Part shown: one piece after another, positions 61,372-64,000 of the stretch
Numbering within the stretch: the stretch's first letter is position 1
Layout: each line of letters begins with the position of its first letter
NCBI GenBank assembly: GCA_965248355.1
Contig: OZ252098.1
Location: 2,048,001-2,112,000, forward strand
From: Candidatus Latescibacterota bacterium
Lineage (GTDB): Bacteria; Latescibacterota; UBA2968; UBA8231
DNA length: 64,000 nucleotides
Reading direction: 5' to 3'
Program-made: the position numbers and the translations under genes
The notes under the pieces: generated by a model
Told to the model about the DNA's origin: nothing
The model's input: the letters and a program-made list of their open reading frames with translations, nothing else
Databases searched by the model: none

Positions 61372-62642
61372 GGCCGGTGGCCGCCGCCTGCCTCGGCGCC
61401 GCGCTCTCGGGGCTGCCCTCCGGCGCCGCCGGCGGCCTCCTTCCGGCCCTCGGGGCCAACCTCCGGACCACGAGCCTGGTGGCGCGCAACTACGACCAGG
61501 AGCTGCTCTGGGGCCGGGGCAACGGCGCCGACGGCCACACCGATCTGGCCCTGCGGGTCATCGCCTCCGGCCGCCCGCACCCGCGCCTGCGCTGGGAGGC
61601 GCACATCGTCCAGAACCTGGCGCTGACCACCTTCGCGGGCACCGCGGCCGGCTCCGTGAACCCACTGGGAGCCGGCGGCGACGAGGTCCCCTACCGCCTG
61701 GCCAGCGCGCGCTGGGAGTGGGGGGACGCCGGCGACGTCAGAGCTTCCGCCCACGTTGACCGGGCCCACTTCAGGATCGCCCTGGAGCGCGCCGACATCA
61801 CCCTCGGGCGCCAGGCGATCACCTTCGGCAAGACCTGGTTCTGGAACCCCCTCGATCTCTTCCTGCCCTTCGGCTCCACCCAGTTCGACCGCGACTACAA
61901 GCCCGGGGTCGACGCCCTGCGCGTCGATCTCCCCTTCGGCGACTTCTCCGGCGCCACCCTGGTCGGGGTGCCCGGACGGGCGCGGCCCGGGGCTCCGCCC
62001 GCCGGCGGCGGAGACGCCTGGTACCGCAGCGCCCTGGTGGCGCGCGCCCATGGAAACGCCCGCGGCTGGGACATGGCGGCCCAGGGGGGCAAGATCCTCG
62101 GGGGGTATCAGCTCGGAGGAGCGGTCGCCGGAGAGCTGGGCCGCCTCGAGCTGCGCGGCGAAGCGGCCTGGTTCGCCACCCTGGACGAGACCGGGGCCGG
62201 GGCTCCGGCCGGTTCGGTGGTCGACAGCCACCTCGGCGCCGTGGCCGGGGCCGGCCGCGGTTTCGCCGGCCGCGACCTCCAGCTGCAGGTGGAGTACTTC
62301 TACAACGGCGGCGCCCGGGGCCGTCTGGAGGAACGGTTCGCCCTGGCCGCAAGGGGCCGCCTCGGGCACGCCTCCCGCCACCTGCTCGGCGGGCTCGCCA
62401 GCGGGCGGATTCACCCCCTGGTCAGCGCATCCCTCGCCCTGCTGTGGGGAGTGGGGGACGGCTCCCGGCTGGCGCAGCCCGGCCTCGTCTACGCGGCGGC
62501 GGACGAGGTCGAGGTGATCGCCGGGGCGTTGCTGGCGCGCGGCCGGCGGCCCTCGGGGAGCACCGTGGCAGACCTGAGGTTGCGCAGCGAGTTCGGAACC
62601 TGGCCCGACTTCTACTACCTTGAGACCAAGCTCTATTTCTAG
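61368..62642 (+). CDS. Probable outer-membrane beta-barrel protein
   Basis: Signal peptide, LGRQ.I..G....WNP.D, PGVDA, ends LETKLYF; ATGA overlap. Confidence 0.75.
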   Translation: MRPVAAACLGAALSGLPSGAAGGLLPALGANLRTTSLVARNYDQELLWGRGNGADGHTDLALRVIASGRPHPRLRWEAHIVQNLALTTFAGTAAGSVNPLGAGGDEVPYRLASARWEWGDAGDVRASAHVDRAHFRIALERADITLGRQAITFGKTWFWNPLDLFLPFGSTQFDRDYKPGVDALRVDLPFGDFSGATLVGVPGRARPGAPPAGGGDAWYRSALVARAHGNARGWDMAAQGGKILGGYQLGGAVAGELGRLELRGEAAWFATLDETGAGAPAGSVVDSHLGAVAGAGRGFAGRDLQLQVEYFYNGGARGRLEERFALAARGRLGHASRHLLGGLASGRIHPLVSASLALLWGVGDGSRLAQPGLVYAAADEVEVIAGALLARGRRPSGSTVADLRLRSEFGTWPDFYYLETKLYF

Positions 62643-62670
62643 CGATCCCACGCGATCGAGAGGCCATCTC

Positions 62671-63480
62671 ATGCAGGATTCCTCAAGTTGCGGCGCAATC
62701 CTCATCGTCATCGATGGTTGCCGTCCCGATGGCATCCAGCAGGCGGATACGCCAGCCATCGACAGCCTGATCGCACGCGGGGCATACACCTTCCATGCAC
62801 AGAGCGTTGTCCCGTCCTCCACCCTGCCGTGCCACACCTCGATGTTTCGCGGGGTGACGCCCTCACGCCACGGGATCACGACCAACACCTGGGTTCCCAT
62901 GGTGCGTCCGGTCCCGAGCATCGCCGAGTCGGCTCACGCGATGAACCGGAAGACGGCCTTCGTCTACAATTGGGAGCAGCTTCGGGATCTGGCAGCGCCG
63001 GGGTCGCTGGATTTCTCCTACTTCAGTGCCAACCTCGACGATGCAGAAGGCGACCTGACGATCGCGCAAGTCTCCGCGGAGCACCTGGTGGCCGAGCAAC
63101 CGGACTTCTGCTTCGTCTACCTGGGCATGGTGGATATCGCGGGACACCGCCATGGATGGATGTCCGCGGAGTATATCGAACAGATCGCCATTGCAGACCG
63201 GGCGATCGGGCTTCTGTTGGAAGAGCTCGAGAAGGCAGGCCTCCTGGACCGCTACTTCATCCTCGTGCAGAGCGACCACGGCGGGCATGGAAAGAGCCAC
63301 GGCACGGACCTGCCGGAAGACTTGACGATTCCGTGGATAGCGGCGGGAGCGAAGGTCCGGCAGACCGGTGAGATCCAGCAGCCGGTGCGCATCTTCGATA
63401 CCGCGCCGACACTCGCCCACGTCCTGGATCTGACATTGTCCGAAGAGTGGGAAGGACGACCGGTTCTGGAGATCTTCTGA
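62671..63480 (+). CDS. Alkaline-phosphatase superfamily nucleotide pyrophosphatase/phosphodiesterase
   Basis: IDG.RPD, PS.TLP.H.SM..GV.P..HG, D.AGH..G, SDHGG. Confidence 0.9.
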   Translation: MQDSSSCGAILIVIDGCRPDGIQQADTPAIDSLIARGAYTFHAQSVVPSSTLPCHTSMFRGVTPSRHGITTNTWVPMVRPVPSIAESAHAMNRKTAFVYNWEQLRDLAAPGSLDFSYFSANLDDAEGDLTIAQVSAEHLVAEQPDFCFVYLGMVDIAGHRHGWMSAEYIEQIAIADRAIGLLLEELEKAGLLDRYFILVQSDHGGHGKSHGTDLPEDLTIPWIAAGAKVRQTGEIQQPVRIFDTAPTLAHVLDLTLSEEWEGRPVLEIF

Positions 63481-63492
63481 AAGGAGGATGCT

Positions 63493-64000
63493 CTGTTCGC
63501 TGAAATCGTTCGTCACGCCCTCGATCGCGTGCCCTTGTCGATCATCTTCGACGATTCCACCGTGCTGGTGAACCTCAACTACTTCTTCCTGCGCGACCGC
63601 ACGATCGCCGAGGGACGCCACCAGCGCTGGGAGGACGTGCCGGTGGTCCATCCCGCCTCCTTCACCCGCGAGTTCGCAGAGTGGTGCCTGGCAAGCGGTG
63701 TGCGCGGCAAGTTCTCGGTGGTGCCCTGCCCGGCGGCCCTGGGGCGCATCGACGAGGGGCTTCCCCTCTTCAGCAAGTCCCAGCAGGACGAGTGGCTGGC
63801 CATGTGCCGCGAGGTCATCGTCCCCGCCTTCGACATCACCCCCGAGATGCTTACCCACACTTTCGTGCTGGATCCGAAAACCCTGAAACCCCTCCCCTCC
63901 GGAATATGGGAGCAATACGATTGGGCGGCCCTGCCCGAAGACCAGGAGGAACTGGTCACCGAGTACATCGCTCAAGCGTGCCGCATCCTGGTCGCCGTGG
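63493..64000 (+). CDS. Hypothetical protein, truncated at window end
   Basis: Frame RVPLSIIFDDS..LVNL...GKFSVVPCPA runs off the window; AGGAGG upstream of CTG 63493. Confidence 0.7.
   Translation, partial: MFAEIVRHALDRVPLSIIFDDSTVLVNLNYFFLRDRTIAEGRHQRWEDVPVVHPASFTREFAEWCLASGVRGKFSVVPCPAALGRIDEGLPLFSKSQQDEWLAMCREVIVPAFDITPEMLTHTFVLDPKTLKPLPSGIWEQYDWAALPEDQEELVTEYIAQACRILVAV

Overview
High-GC bacterial chromosome segment. Gene content (PorV-family barrel, PNPFNP-type C-terminal sorting domain, tatA-gatA adjacency, heparinase II/III, giant FN3/cadherin protein) suggests an FCB-group organism such as Ca. Latescibacterota; this is inference only. The backbone holds a sugar-acid/glycosaminoglycan catabolic cluster, an ecfT-truA-htrA-psd-pssA-DUF4321-tatA-gatA-porV run, sodN-pcm, radC, an in-frame Lnt-TatC fusion, manA/manC, a cusCBA-type efflux operon and a LolA-like/ABC/outer-membrane operon. 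Accessory DNA includes three IS elements (two IS3, one IS256), four intact or decayed toxin-antitoxin modules, and a ~13 kb island. The island carries a ~3,012-aa surface-protein gene broken by two IS insertions, a 1-bp deletion and a nonsense codon. Main signals: (i) the Lnt-TatC fusion; (ii) two loci where cargo lies between a gene and a diverged second copy of that gene's own 3' end (heparinase/ecfT and cusA), with no integrase; (iii) the reconstructable giant protein with a Vps62/NLP-like head; (iv) a probable CTG start for gatA. No rRNA, tRNA, CRISPR array, phage or reverse transcriptase was recognised. Family assignments come from motif recognition by eye, not database searches.
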